64,000 bases of DNA from Leucoraja erinacea. Its lineage: Eukaryota. The notes under the pieces were generated by a model that saw only the letters and a list, made by a program, of their open reading frames with translations, was not told the DNA's origin and searched no databases. Position 1 is the first letter of the stretch. Each line of letters begins with the position of its first letter. A program made the translations under genes and the position numbers. Shown here one piece after another: positions 12,359-22,889 of the stretch. The stretch spans positions 111,724,001 to 111,788,000 of the forward strand of contig NC_073379.1 in the NCBI RefSeq assembly GCF_028641065.1, written 5' to 3'.

Positions 12359-12679
12359 AATTAGAAATAAATGTGATACTAAGTGGGCTAAATAAGTGTG
12401 CACACCAAGATGAAGTAAATTATTTTATTTTCAAATGAGAGCGAGATACAAATAGAACCCAATATTTCTGCATTACATATTTTATAACGGTCGTTGAGGA
12501 AAATTGCTGCTATTCCTCCCTTTCCAGGTACAAAGTAACACCCTTGGTAGAATTTGATATTGAAGATGGTTACAAATTCTTTCCCAAAATAATTCTGTTA
12601 ACAATAAATTACATTGAAAAACCATATTACAAACATTTATGCATAAAAATAGTTGGGTTTTTTTAAATACAAACTGGCA

Positions 12680-13100
12680 CTATTTATTTATTTATTTATT
12701 TATTTATTATTTGATTCTTTATTTCGAGCAGAATAAAAGAATAAAAAGCAAGTGTGAAACAGCATACAAAAAACAAAACAAGAATATTTATAAAGTGTCA
12801 TAAACAATATCTATAAATAAATGAAATCATATGTGTCCGAAAAGGAGCAGGAAGAAGCCAAAGCTTATTAATTCCCACCCCTTATTCAACTGCTTGTAAT
12901 TATCTTATACACATTTAGCAGCTATATGTACACCATATATACATCAGCAGCTATATGTATACCATATGTACATCAGCAGCTATATGTACACCATATGTAC
13001 ACCAGCAGCTATATGTATACCATATGTACATCAGCAGCTATATGTACACCAAATTATTTACATTTATACACTAATCAAATATTTACAAAGCCATACAAAA
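12680..13100 (-). mobile_element. Crack/L2-group LINE 3' UTR with (TAAA)n tail
   Basis: Reverse complement reads GGGGTGGGAATTAATAAGCTTTGGCTTCTTCCTGCTCCTTTTCGGACAC...CTCGAAATAAAG and ends in TAAA repeats. Resembles fish Crack-type 3' UTRs, recognised from memory only. Confidence 0.5.
12917..13050. repeat. 29-bp minisatellite, ~4.6 copies
   Basis: Unit AGCAGCTATATGTAYACCATATGTACATC in tandem. Confidence 0.92.
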
Positions 13101-13124
13101 AAGAGATGCTATAAAAGCACTAAA

Positions 13125-13390
13125 TGTAGCCGCCAAGGAACGCAGGGGCGATACAGACTAAGGGACTGTGGTAACGGTGAAATCGACAGAAGGATGGAGG
13201 GTTGGGTGTGTATGCGTGCTTTGTCTGTGATATTTATTTATTTGCTTATCTTTATTATTTTACCGTGGATGTTTCGTTAGCTTTAGAAATGTTTGAATGC
13301 TGCACTGACTGGCTGACATTTTAAATTTCGTTGTACATGGCCCATGTTACAATGACAATAAAGAAACTATTCTATTCTATTCTATTCTAT
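13125..13390 (+). mobile_element. Rex1/Babar-type 3' UTR with (CTATT)n tail
   Basis: AATTTCGTTGTAC...ACAATGACAATAAAG followed by CTATT repeats. Confidence 0.6.
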
Positions 13391-13620
13391 GAACAATGAT
13401 AAAAACATCCATTTTAGTTTTGCATAGAAAGCTTAAACATTGCAATGGTCCGGATACCCAGGTTTCTCCAATGAATAGCGCTACAACAAAATGATCTAAT
13501 TTGTAAATACTTAGATGATAATGAGACAAACTACACTGAATGTGGTTAAGGAATCTGAAAAAGAACAGCTAGTATTAAGCTGTTCCCATTCAATTGATAA
13601 AAATACATCGATAGATGCTC

Positions 13621-14160
13621 CTGAACATATTATCAGTGATGTAACCTGGGGTCATTGGGTGTTTCGGGTCTTTCAACATCAGACACCCTCACCCAGGCGA
13701 CCCAGCCGTGGTTGATCAGACCACGACATGTGTTCACGTGGCATTCACTCCTCCCCATGGACCTCCTCTCCTGATCCAGAGTCATCTCGAGGCCTTCTCC
13801 GCTGCCTCTGTGGTGTTCTACATGACTCTTCTCCTCGCCACTCCGTTGATGCCCAGTGCACTCAAGGCTTTGTAGAGCGATAAACCTGCAAAATCTCTGC
13901 AGCCAACCTCGATGGGCATACACCTCGCCTTCCAGCCCTGCTTACGGCAGTCTATGACCAGCTCTTCATACTTGGCCATCTTCCTCTCGTGGGAGACCTC
14001 CTTGTCGAACTGACCCCAGACTGCCGTCTTGCAGGCCTGTGGCCCTTTGACTCAAACCTTCTCCGGAGATCGGTTGTGAATAGGTTACCCACAGCCAGTG
14101 TAGGTCCAAGACCAACCAATGAGCAGCAGCCAATCTTCAGTCCAGCTAAGATTCCACACC
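13621..14160 (-). mobile_element. Internally deleted HERO-like (RLE-clade) non-LTR element
   Basis: Single frame 14066-13734: PEKV*VKGPQACKTAVWGQFDKE|VSHERKMAKYEELVIDCRKQGWKARCMPIEVGCRDFAG...TEAAEKASR*LWIRR, followed by a 3' UTR ending GGTTACATCACTGAT. Confidence 0.8.
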
Positions 14161-14189
14161 ATTAACTTGGGAAATTTGCCTCACTAATC

Positions 14190-14600
14190 CTGGGCTTGTA
14201 CTCGCTGGCGTTTAGATGGATAAGGGTGGGCCTCAAAGAAATTTACTGAATAGTGAAAGACCTGGATAGAGTGGATGCGGAGAGGATGTTTCCACTAGTG
14301 GGAGACTCTATGACCAAAAGCCTCAGAATAAAAGGAAGTACCTTCTGAAAGGAGATGAGGAGGAATTTCTTTAGTCAGAGGGTGGTGAATCCGCGGAATT
14401 CATTGCCACATACGGCTGTGGAGACAAAGGCAATTGATATTTAAGATGGAGATTGACAGATTCCTGATTAGTACGTGTGTCGGGGATTATGGGGAGAAGG
14501 CAGGAGAATGGGATTCAGAAGGAAAGCATGGTCAGCCATGAATGAAGGTTGGAGTAGACTTGATGGGCCAAATGGCCTAATTCTACTCTGCGAACCTATG
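14190..14600 (+). mobile_element. Old CR1 3' fragment
   Basis: GGGCTTGTACTCGCTGG...TTCTTTAGTCAGAGGGTGGTGAAT...GGGCCAAATGGCCTAATTCT. Confidence 0.85.
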
Positions 14601-14831
14601 AATCCAGTGCTAGTCAGAACCACTGTAAGAGGGAAGACCCTACTCCATTGTAACGGAGCTTCTCAGCCTGACAAATCAGGTCTGTTTTAAATTATTTAAC
14701 TTTAGTTTTAACAATTTTATTGATTTGTAAGTACTTAAATGTCTACTTTCAATGAATCCTCTGTTATGTTATATTTTTCTTTACAATTTAGATTACTTCC
14801 AAGTTCTGAATAATTCCAGCATGTCACATTG

Positions 14832-15047
14832 AAACATAGAAACATAGGTGCAGGAGTAGGCCATTCGGCCGTTCGAGCCTGCACCGCCATTCAATATGAT
14901 CATGGCTGATCATCCAACTGAGTATCCTGTACCTGCCTTCTCTCCATACCCCCGATCCTTTTAGCCACAAGGGCCACATCTAACTCCCTCTTAAATATAG
15001 CCAATGAACTGGCGTCAACTACCTTCTGTGACAACTACCTTCTGTGA
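14832..15047 (-). mobile_element. CR1 3' fragment
   Basis: Reverse complement of the TTTCTATG-family tail. A 16-bp tandem duplication (CAACTACCTTCTGTGA) sits at the truncation point. Confidence 0.9.
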
Positions 15048-15830
15048 ACACCGATAGATTATCAAAAAAAGTATAACTTGTAGCAAAAAAACTGCTACCT
15101 TTCACTCAATAATGGGGGAACCACCCTTCCATGCACTGCTAAAGGCCATGCCATAAAATCTTGTTTCCCTGTATTTTACAACATACAGTGTCTTGAAAAG
15201 ACAAGGTTAAGTCCATATTAAGATTGCGGGTGGGTATTTCTTTACAAACTAGAGACCAATAATTTTGTTGTTGATTAGGAATTTCGGCTTAGGAATTTCA
15301 TACAATATTGTCCTTTCCTCAACTCACTGACATCATGTAAAAAGGGCTGTCAAGAATTTCACCCTTTCATAACCTACTTGGACCTCCTTCAAACTATTAC
15401 CATTCTTCATACATTTAATAAGTTATATGCTAAGCCTTGCATGGCAATGGTGACTAATTATATTTCCTGAAAATATAACTCCCATTCAAAAGGGACAATT
15501 ATTAATGCACAAATTGACCCGGATGCTCAGCAGATTAAAAGTCATATCTACAAACTGTTAAACTCTGGAAATGGTGCTTAATTTACATGGTCTTGCTGGT
15601 CGATTACATAATGTGCTTATGGCCACCCTCTCATTAGTTTATGATAGACAATTTCCCACATTGTTTGCCTCATTAATTTTGCCACAGAATGTTAATTAAT
15701 TCTGAAAATTAATAGAATGTGTAAGATGCTAATGATGTGATAAATGTTAATGCAATGCTAATTAAACCCTCTGAGAGAGATAAGGAACAATGTAAACTCT
15801 GCGTGCAAGTAGCTGATCCAACACCATCCG

Positions 15831-15930
15831 GTAGACACAAAATGCTGGAGTAACTCAGCGGGGCAGGCAGCATCCCTGGAGAGAAGGAATGGGTGACATT
15901 TCTGGTCGAGACCTTTCTTCAGACCCATCT
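15831..15930 (-). mobile_element. Penelope-like terminal remnant
   Basis: Reverse complement ATGGGT-CTGAAGA-AAGGTCTCGACCA-GAAATGTC-ACCCAT. Confidence 0.85.
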
Positions 15931-16059
15931 ATAGGTATGTTTTGCCCCAACAGAAGATAAGCCAACCAAAGCTGATGGGACTGATGATGCATACAGTGAA
16001 GTGGTAAAAGGTAACCAGCCTGGACAGCCTTCACGGTGATTTCAAACTCATCATTCATT

Positions 16060-16300
16060 CAGGCTGGAGGTCTATGACCAGTGAAGTTCCACGGGGATCT
16101 GTATTGGAACCTCTGCTGTTTGAGATTTCCTTTTAATGAATAAATAAGCGTAGATGGTTGCTTCGTAGGTTTGCAGATGACACCAAGATTGCTGGGGTTG
16201 TAGACTGTGAGAAAAGATGTCCAAGTACACAGCGGGAAATAGATCAGCTGCAGAAATGGGCAGAGAAATGGCAGATGGAGTTTAATCTGAGCAAGTGGAC
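16060..16300 (+). mobile_element. Decayed CR1 RT fragment
   Basis: RFADDTKIAGVVD...WAEKWQMEFN. Confidence 0.85.
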
Positions 16301-16324
16301 TGCTCATAGGTTTCATAATCTCGC

Positions 16325-16550
16325 AAAGATAGACACACAATGCTGGAGCAAGCCAGCGGGTGAGGCAGCATCTCTGGAGAAAAAGAATAGGTGACTTCTC
16401 GGGTTGGTACACTTCTTCAGACTGGAAGTAGAGGTGGGGGGATTAGAGACGAGAAAAAGGCCACAACAAACCAGGGTGGGCAAAAGATTACCTCAGGAAT
16501 GATGGAGCCCATATAGGCCCATTGTTGGCTGGGGAAGGTGTACATCTCTT
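16325..16550 (-). mobile_element. Penelope-like 3' remnant
   Basis: GACACACAATGCTGGAG...GCATCTCTGGAG...CTTCTTCAGACTG module. Confidence 0.7.
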
Positions 16551-17317
16551 AGTCCACATTACCTTATATCCGAGCAGCACCAGTCACAACTAAAATGAGA
16601 TGCCAACTTTGATGAAGCCGTAACATAGGACTTTGTTCTTGCTAAACATCAGAAACAGCATGAAATAAACATAGCTAAGTAGCTCCATGTCTAACAGATC
16701 AAAGCGCTGCAATCCAATTATGAATGGTGGTGAACAGTTAAGAACTGATGTGCGGAGAATCCATGAAACCCAATCCCCATGTATGGGAGAACAAGCAGTA
16801 GTACTTAGAGGAGGCTTAAGTAAATGCAATCCAGATGGTCTCTCATTAAGGACCCCAGTGTCACACAAACTTACACTTCAGTCATTTTATTTTGCTTCGC
16901 ATCATCAAGAAATGGTTGAACATGCCGTTAATAACTGAGGCAATGGAAAATAGCAACGCTGGTCTTTAGAACTAGTTATGCCTCCAGCCAAACTACAATA
17001 CTGGCATCAAATCAGTCAAGTTTTGGAAGATAAGAGGTAGCATCTGTCAATAAAGATGCATAAAACTGCAGAGGAAGATATATCGAGCACAAAAATACAG
17101 TGATGGAGGAACTCAGCAGGTCGGGCAGTATCCGTGGAGGGGAGGGGATGGGAGGAGAGCATCTGTCAATAACCTGCTCAACAAACCTCAGTTTAGATTC
17201 TGTCTGGACCACACAATTCCAGATATTGTGTCAGACATTCATCCAAACATGAAACAATTAGTTAAATTCCAGAAGTGAAATTGTGTGAGAGCGAATGGCT
17301 TGCCCTTGTGGGAACTT

Positions 17318-17575
17318 AGAAACATAGAAAATAGGTCCAGCAGTAGGCCATTCGGCCCTTCGAGCCTGCACCTCCATTCAATATGATCATGGCTGATCAT
17401 CCAATTCAGTATCCTGTACCTGCCTTCTCTCCATACCCCCTGATCCCTTTAGCCACAAGGTGCCACATCTAACTCCCCCTTAAATATAGCCAATGAACTG
17501 GCCTCAACTGCCTTCTGTGGCAGAGAATTCCAGAGATTCACCACTCTCTGTGTGAAAAATGATTATTTCATCCAA
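17318..17575 (-). mobile_element. CR1 3' fragment
   Basis: Reverse complement of 10180-10430. Confidence 0.9.
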
Positions 17576-18299
17576 CTTCTGACCAAATTTAGCATTATGC
17601 AGCCTCAGTAAAACCAAATCAGACTATAAAGGAATATGGTCACGATTGCCAGAGGTGAATTATTCCAGCCCATAACATGACTGCAAAAGGTTCTGTCCCA
17701 TGACCATGACCAACTATCTACGTAATGCATGAATGACCTTCCGCCAATGATAAACTGATTAAAAACTGTTTAAATACTCACTGGTCACTACATAGTGGTC
17801 ACTTCTGTTATGCAACTTGAAGAGCATTAAGGCATCTTCAACAAGGCGCCTGCAATCTCCACTCTTGCCTCTCTCAGTAACTTGGGATAGATCCCAGCAA
17901 GTCCTGGGGATTTTTCCATCATAATACTCATCAAGAGACCCAACACCACCTCATTCTTGATAGCAAAGTGCACTCTATCATCAATGCACCATGTTTACAG
18001 ACAGAGACAGGAGAATTATAAACCATAGACAATAGTTGATTGAAGGAACCAAATGTAACATTTCCAGATCTGGTGTTCACATGAGTCTAAGTGGGAAGTG
18101 AGTATAGGTACTCCCCCCATTTATAAACATTTAATTTACTAATTTTTGCTAAGTACCCATTGACTCTTTAGATTAAGGGAGACGATGCATTTACAGAGAG
18201 GAAGTCTTAAGTTAACAACCCAATCCAGAAAAAACAGTAGGGGGCTGAGACCAGGAGGTACAGTCATTGTCGATAGTTCATAGGACAGCACCGACTTAC

Positions 18300-19000
18300 T
18301 AACACATCAACGGCGAGTGTGTGGAGAGGGTCAACACCTTCCGGTTTCTCGGCGTCCATATCGCTGCTGACATCTCCTGGACGGACAACACGACAGCGGT
18401 CATCAAGAAGGCTCAGCAGCGGCTGCACTTCCTGAGGGTCCTCAGGAAGCACAACCTGGACTCTAACCTGCTGCGGACCTTCTACCGCTCGTCCATCGAG
18501 AGCCTGCTGACATACTGCATTACAGCATGGTATGGCAGCTGCACCATGGCAGACAGGGAGAGGCTTCAGAGGGTAACCAGGACAGCGCAGAGGATCATTG
18601 GCTGCCCCCCCCCATGATGGACATCTAAGATAAGCCTTAGCAGGGCAAAGAAGATCACAAAGACAGCTCCCATCCTGCATTTGGACCCCTTCGACCTCCT
18701 GCCCTCTGAAAGGCGTTATAGGTGCAGCATATCATACAAACACACTCAGGAATAGTTGCTTTCCGAGATTATATCTACCATAAATTCAAATTCACACATG
18801 CACTGACTACACTGCCCAACACGGACTTCCATCTGTATATATGTATATATGTATGTAGCGCCGCAGAATTTGTGCACCTATTCCCCCCCCCCTTCTCCCT
18901 TCTGTTTTTTGTTTTTTCTGTTTCTTGTTTTTTGTGCTAAATTGTATGTATGCACTGAGTACGAGCAGCTTTCAGTTTCACTGTACATGTATAGTGACAT
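18300..19000 (+). mobile_element. Rex1/Babar LINE 3' fragment
   Basis: VERVNTFRFLGVHI...KKAQQRLHFLRVL...FYRSSIESLLTYCITAWYG...LPSERRY, then a 3' UTR. Confidence 0.9.
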
Positions 19001-19344
19001 ATCTAAACATTTAATTTACTAATTTTTGCTAAGTGACCATTGACTCTTTAGATTATATTTGACATGATTTATGAACCTTTCTTACTATAATGACCAATCC
19101 TGAATAGTAGGGGGCTGAGAGTGAGGTACAGTCAGAAGATAGTTCATAGGAGTCATTACTAACAATGTTGGTGGCCTGTGGTAGATGACGATATATGGTG
19201 TGCAGTCTCATGACTTGTGGGATCGAGTGTGGCTCACGGGTCCGATGCGCCAGCCACACAAGCGGGAACAGTGGGGCCACATGAAGACGGCTGTGGGAAG
19301 ATTTAGGACTGCAGCCTTCCTCCTGTCTCTGTCTTTAGTCAGAG

Positions 19345-19802
19345 CAGGGGCGGAAAACCCGGGGGGGCCAGAGGGGACACGTCCCCCTCCCCATGTTTTG
19401 AGAGGTGGGGGACATCGCCCCCAGGTTTTTGTGATCCCGATTTTAAAATCGCCGTTTTTAGCGCTGGATGNNNNNNNNNNNNNNNNNNNNNNNNNNNNNN
19501 NNNNNNNNNNNNNNNNNNNNNNNNNNNNNNNNNNNNNNNNNNNNNNNNNNNNNNNNNNNNNNNNNNNNNNNNNNNNNNNNNNNNNNNNNNNNNNNNNNNN
19601 NNNNNNNNNNNNNNNNNNNNNNNNNNNNNNNNNNNNNNNNNNNNNNNNNNNNNNNNNNNNNNNNNNNNNNNNNNNNNNNNNNNNTTCTGTGTGTGTTGAG
19701 TCAGTGGGTGCGTGCGTGCTGTGGAACTGCGCGTGCACGCGTGGCCGCCAAAAAAGTGTGTTCCCCGTCCTCTCCATGTTTTGATAGCGAGTTCCGTTCT
19801 TG
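19345..19802. mobile_element. hAT-type non-autonomous DNA transposon spanning the assembly gap
   Basis: Starts CAGGGGCGGAA and ends in degenerate TTCCGTTCTTG. Exact 8-bp TSD AGTCAGAG at 19337-19344 and 19803-19810. Subterminal repeat GTCCYCTCC(C)CATGTTTTGA on both sides. Inserted into a CR1 3' fragment that continues to ~19960. Confidence 0.8.
19471..19684. other. Assembly gap (N run)
   Basis: 214 consecutive N. Confidence 1.
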
Positions 19803-20249
19803 AGTCAGAGGGTAATTAATCTGTGGAACTAATTGCCACGGTAGGTTGTGGGCATAGACAAATTCTTGATTGGAACGGGTAACAAGGGTCATGGGGAGAA
19901 GGCAGGATTGAATGGCGGAATAGACTCGAAAGGCCGAATGGCCTCATTCTACTCCAATTTGTGGCACTAACGAGTCGATTATCTTTAAAACTGCTTACCA
20001 CTTTCCTAGTAGTTGTACTAACAATAAACAAGCACTAACCCACATTAACACTGTAAGAGCCTTCAATTGCAAGCTACGAATGAAATCAAAGGTGTCGCTG
20101 GGTAAACACGATCGCTATCCATCAGGATTACAGCGGTATTGTATGGACACGTGGACCACTGCCACTTGACGTATTGTATTTCACTTTACATACTCGATCC
20201 TTGAAAGTAACCACAGTATTTTGGAAGAACACAAACTCATGCACATTTA

Positions 20250-20628
20250 TAGAAACATAGAAATTAGGTGCAGGAGTAGGCCATTCGGCCCTTCAAGCCT
20301 GCACCGCCATTCAATATGATCATGGCTGATTATCCAACTCAGTATCCTGTACCTGCCTTCTCTCCATACCCCCTGATCCCTTTAGCCACAAGGGCCACAT
20401 CTAACTCCCTCTTAAATATAGCCAACAAACTGGCCTCAACTACCCTCTGTGGCAGAGAGTTCCACAGATGCACCACTCTCTGTGTGAAAAATGTTCTTCT
20501 GATCTCGGTTTTAAAGGATTTCCCCCTTATCCTTAAACTGTGACCTCTTGTTCTGGACTTCCCCAACATCGGGAACAATCTTCCTGCATCTAGCTTGTCC
20601 AACCCCTTAAGAATTTTATACGTTTCTA
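20250..20628 (-). mobile_element. CR1 3' fragment
   Basis: ORF 20339-20641 gives IETYKILKGLD...GYGEKAGTGY, near-identical to the end of ORF2 at 10334. Confidence 0.95.
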
Positions 20629-21104
20629 TTAGAAACGTCATCTCAATTCATCTCAAGGATTTGGAAAAAGTGCTCCAGGCTTCAAGTCAACTGAAAATCA
20701 CCTTACTCTTCTCCACTCAGAGAGTCTGGAGAGTCCAAAGGGATATTCAAAGGCTAATCTTCCAGTTGGAGCAATCTAACTAAAGAAATGTAGCTGACTT
20801 TGCTACTTTCCCAAGATTACATCATGTCATTTCTCTCTTCCCTCGTTGAATGATATTGTGCATGAAAAATCTGCACAGCAGTGTCTCTTTTATCTTAGAC
20901 ATCAAGGACACAGCTGATAACATCTGGGTAGAATTTTTACTCTCATAGAATAGTGTGCTGTTCAAGGCTTACTATCCAAGGCATGTAATTGAGTGTTTAA
21001 TTTTACAGACAAGCAGCTGTAACAACTCACTCAAATATGGAACAAATGCAATAGAGAGAAGCTGCATGAAGGAAATAATGCACACACTGTGCGTATCACA
21101 TCAC

Positions 21105-21410
21105 GGGTGGCACAGTGGCACCGCGGTAGAGTTGCTGCCTTACAGCACCAGAGACCCGGGTTCAATCCCAACTACGGGTGCTATCTGTACGGAGTTTGCA
21201 CGTTCTCCCCGGGACTCCGTGTGTTTTCTCTGAGATCTTCGGTGTCCTCCCACACTCCAAAGACATTCAGTTTTGTAGGTTAAACGGCTTGGTGGAAATG
21301 TAAATTGTCCCTAGTAAGTGAGGGATAGTGTAAGTGTACAGGGATCGCTGGTCGGTGTGGACTCGGTGGGCCAAAGGGGCCATGCTGTATCTCAAAACTA
21401 GTTTAGTTTA
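21105..21410 (+). mobile_element. HE1-like tRNA-derived V-SINE
   Basis: tRNA-like head with B box GGTTCAATCC, V-domain GGAGTTTGCACGTTCTCCCCG...CCTCCCACACTCCAAAGAC, and CR1-like tail. Confidence 0.9.
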
Positions 21411-22090
21411 GTTGTAAATGGAAAAACTTATAGTGAAAAACTTTTGTTGCGTGCAAACCGTTCAGCAGAAAGACAATACATGATTATAATTAATCCATTT
21501 CAGGCACGTGCCATGAGTAATCACTCAGGGTAGGCACTGGGCAGTCAGTCGACCTTTAAAAAAAAAACGCACATGCGCAGAAAATCGTAAAACCGCGCAT
21601 GCGCAGATCGGTCCTGTAGGCAGTCAGTCCACTTTTTAAAATCTTTAAAAAACCCGCATGCGCAGATTGGTCTCCTCTCCGGTAGGCATGCGCAGCACAT
21701 TGCATGCAGTCCACAGTGCAAAGGCAGAATTTCAGCTGCCTTTATTGCCCGTTGTAAGTGAAGACTTGAAGCAGCGTCCACGGTACACGGGTTGAACATA
21801 GTTACGCGTATTACGTGTACTGTGGATGAAAGGCACGGGAGAGTTATGGCTACCTAAGACCCATTATTTAAATAATAACCATTTAATAATTAATACTGAA
21901 TTTAGTAAATGTATTGGAAATCTTTACTATTTATATTTAAACCTTTTTATAATTTTAGTCAGGATAAAACTGTCCCTGAATCTGGCAGTGTGCGTTTTCA
22001 CATTTCTATACCTTTTGCCTGATGGGCGAGGGGAGAAGAGGGTGCGACTCGTCCTTGATTATGCTGCTGGCTTTGCCAATGCAGCACAAG
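21410..22090 (-). mobile_element. Rex1-type 3' end interrupted by a GC-rich insert (21501-~21960)
   Basis: 21960-22040 translates on the minus strand as LFSPRPSGKRYRNVKTHTARFRDSF; a tail-like segment lies at 21410-21500. Confidence 0.65.
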
Positions 22091-22189
22091 GTATAAATGG
22101 AAATAAACTAAACTGGAAATAGAATAAATTAACCCAAACCTACAGAGATTCATAAAGCTGTAAAATCTCCAAGACATTAACTGGCTGCA

Positions 22190-22570
22190 AATAAGGCTGG
22201 GATCAGGTTGATGTGAAAGAGTTATTGGAATCAGATGGGAAGAATAACACAGATACATAGGGTGAATGCACAGTCTTTTATCAAGGGTTGGAGAACCAAG
22301 AACTAGAAGGCATAGTTTCAAGGTGAGAGGGGGAAGATTTAATCGGAACCCGAGGGCAATTTATTCACACAGAGGGCAGCAAGTATATGGAATGAGCTGC
22401 CAGAGAAAGTAATTGAGGCAGATACAAGAACAACATTTAAAAGACATTTGGACAGGTACGGGTTTAGAGGATAGGTTTAGAGAGATATGGCCAAACAGGC
22501 CTTGTTTACATGGAGCATCTTGGTAGGTCTGGATGAATTTAATCTAAGGGCCTGTTTCCATGCTCGAAGA
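22190..22570 (+). mobile_element. Old CR1 3' fragment
   Basis: AAGAACTAGAAGGCATAGTTTCAAGGTGAGAGGGG...TGGAATGAGCTGCCAGAG. Confidence 0.8.
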
Positions 22571-22889
22571 TTCCATGGCACAAAATGACGAGCCTGAGTA
22601 AAAGAAGACATGGGAGGAATAAAAATACACCATTATCCAGAGAAGGGAACTGGGTGGGGGGGACAGGAGGGGGTGGCGATCTAGGTAAGAATGTCCTCAG
22701 TGGCTATAACGCGAGCTGCAACAACAGCCATATCACTGGAACGTGCCATGGGTGAAGAAGGGCTCGCTGGTGCACTTTGCCAGTCAGGAGTGCCGTCGAA
22801 AGCCGGGACTCTAAACGGCCGGGGTGACGGTGGGGGCACGGGATGGGTCGGCAGGTCATTCCATTCACATTCTGTTTACATGTTATATT

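Noticed and set aside
12917-13050. CRISPR-like array
   Set aside because: Contiguous tandem units with no unique spacers, no cas genes, and a vertebrate context.
13655-13695. CTGATG...GAAAC in the HERO 3' UTR, resembling a hammerhead
   Set aside because: The core reads CTGATGT rather than CTGANGA, and there is no stem III or NUH triplet. It folds better as a simple GGGTGT/ACACCC stem.
19185-19803. ORFs of 111-199 aa across the gap
   Set aside because: Their length is an artefact of translating Ns.
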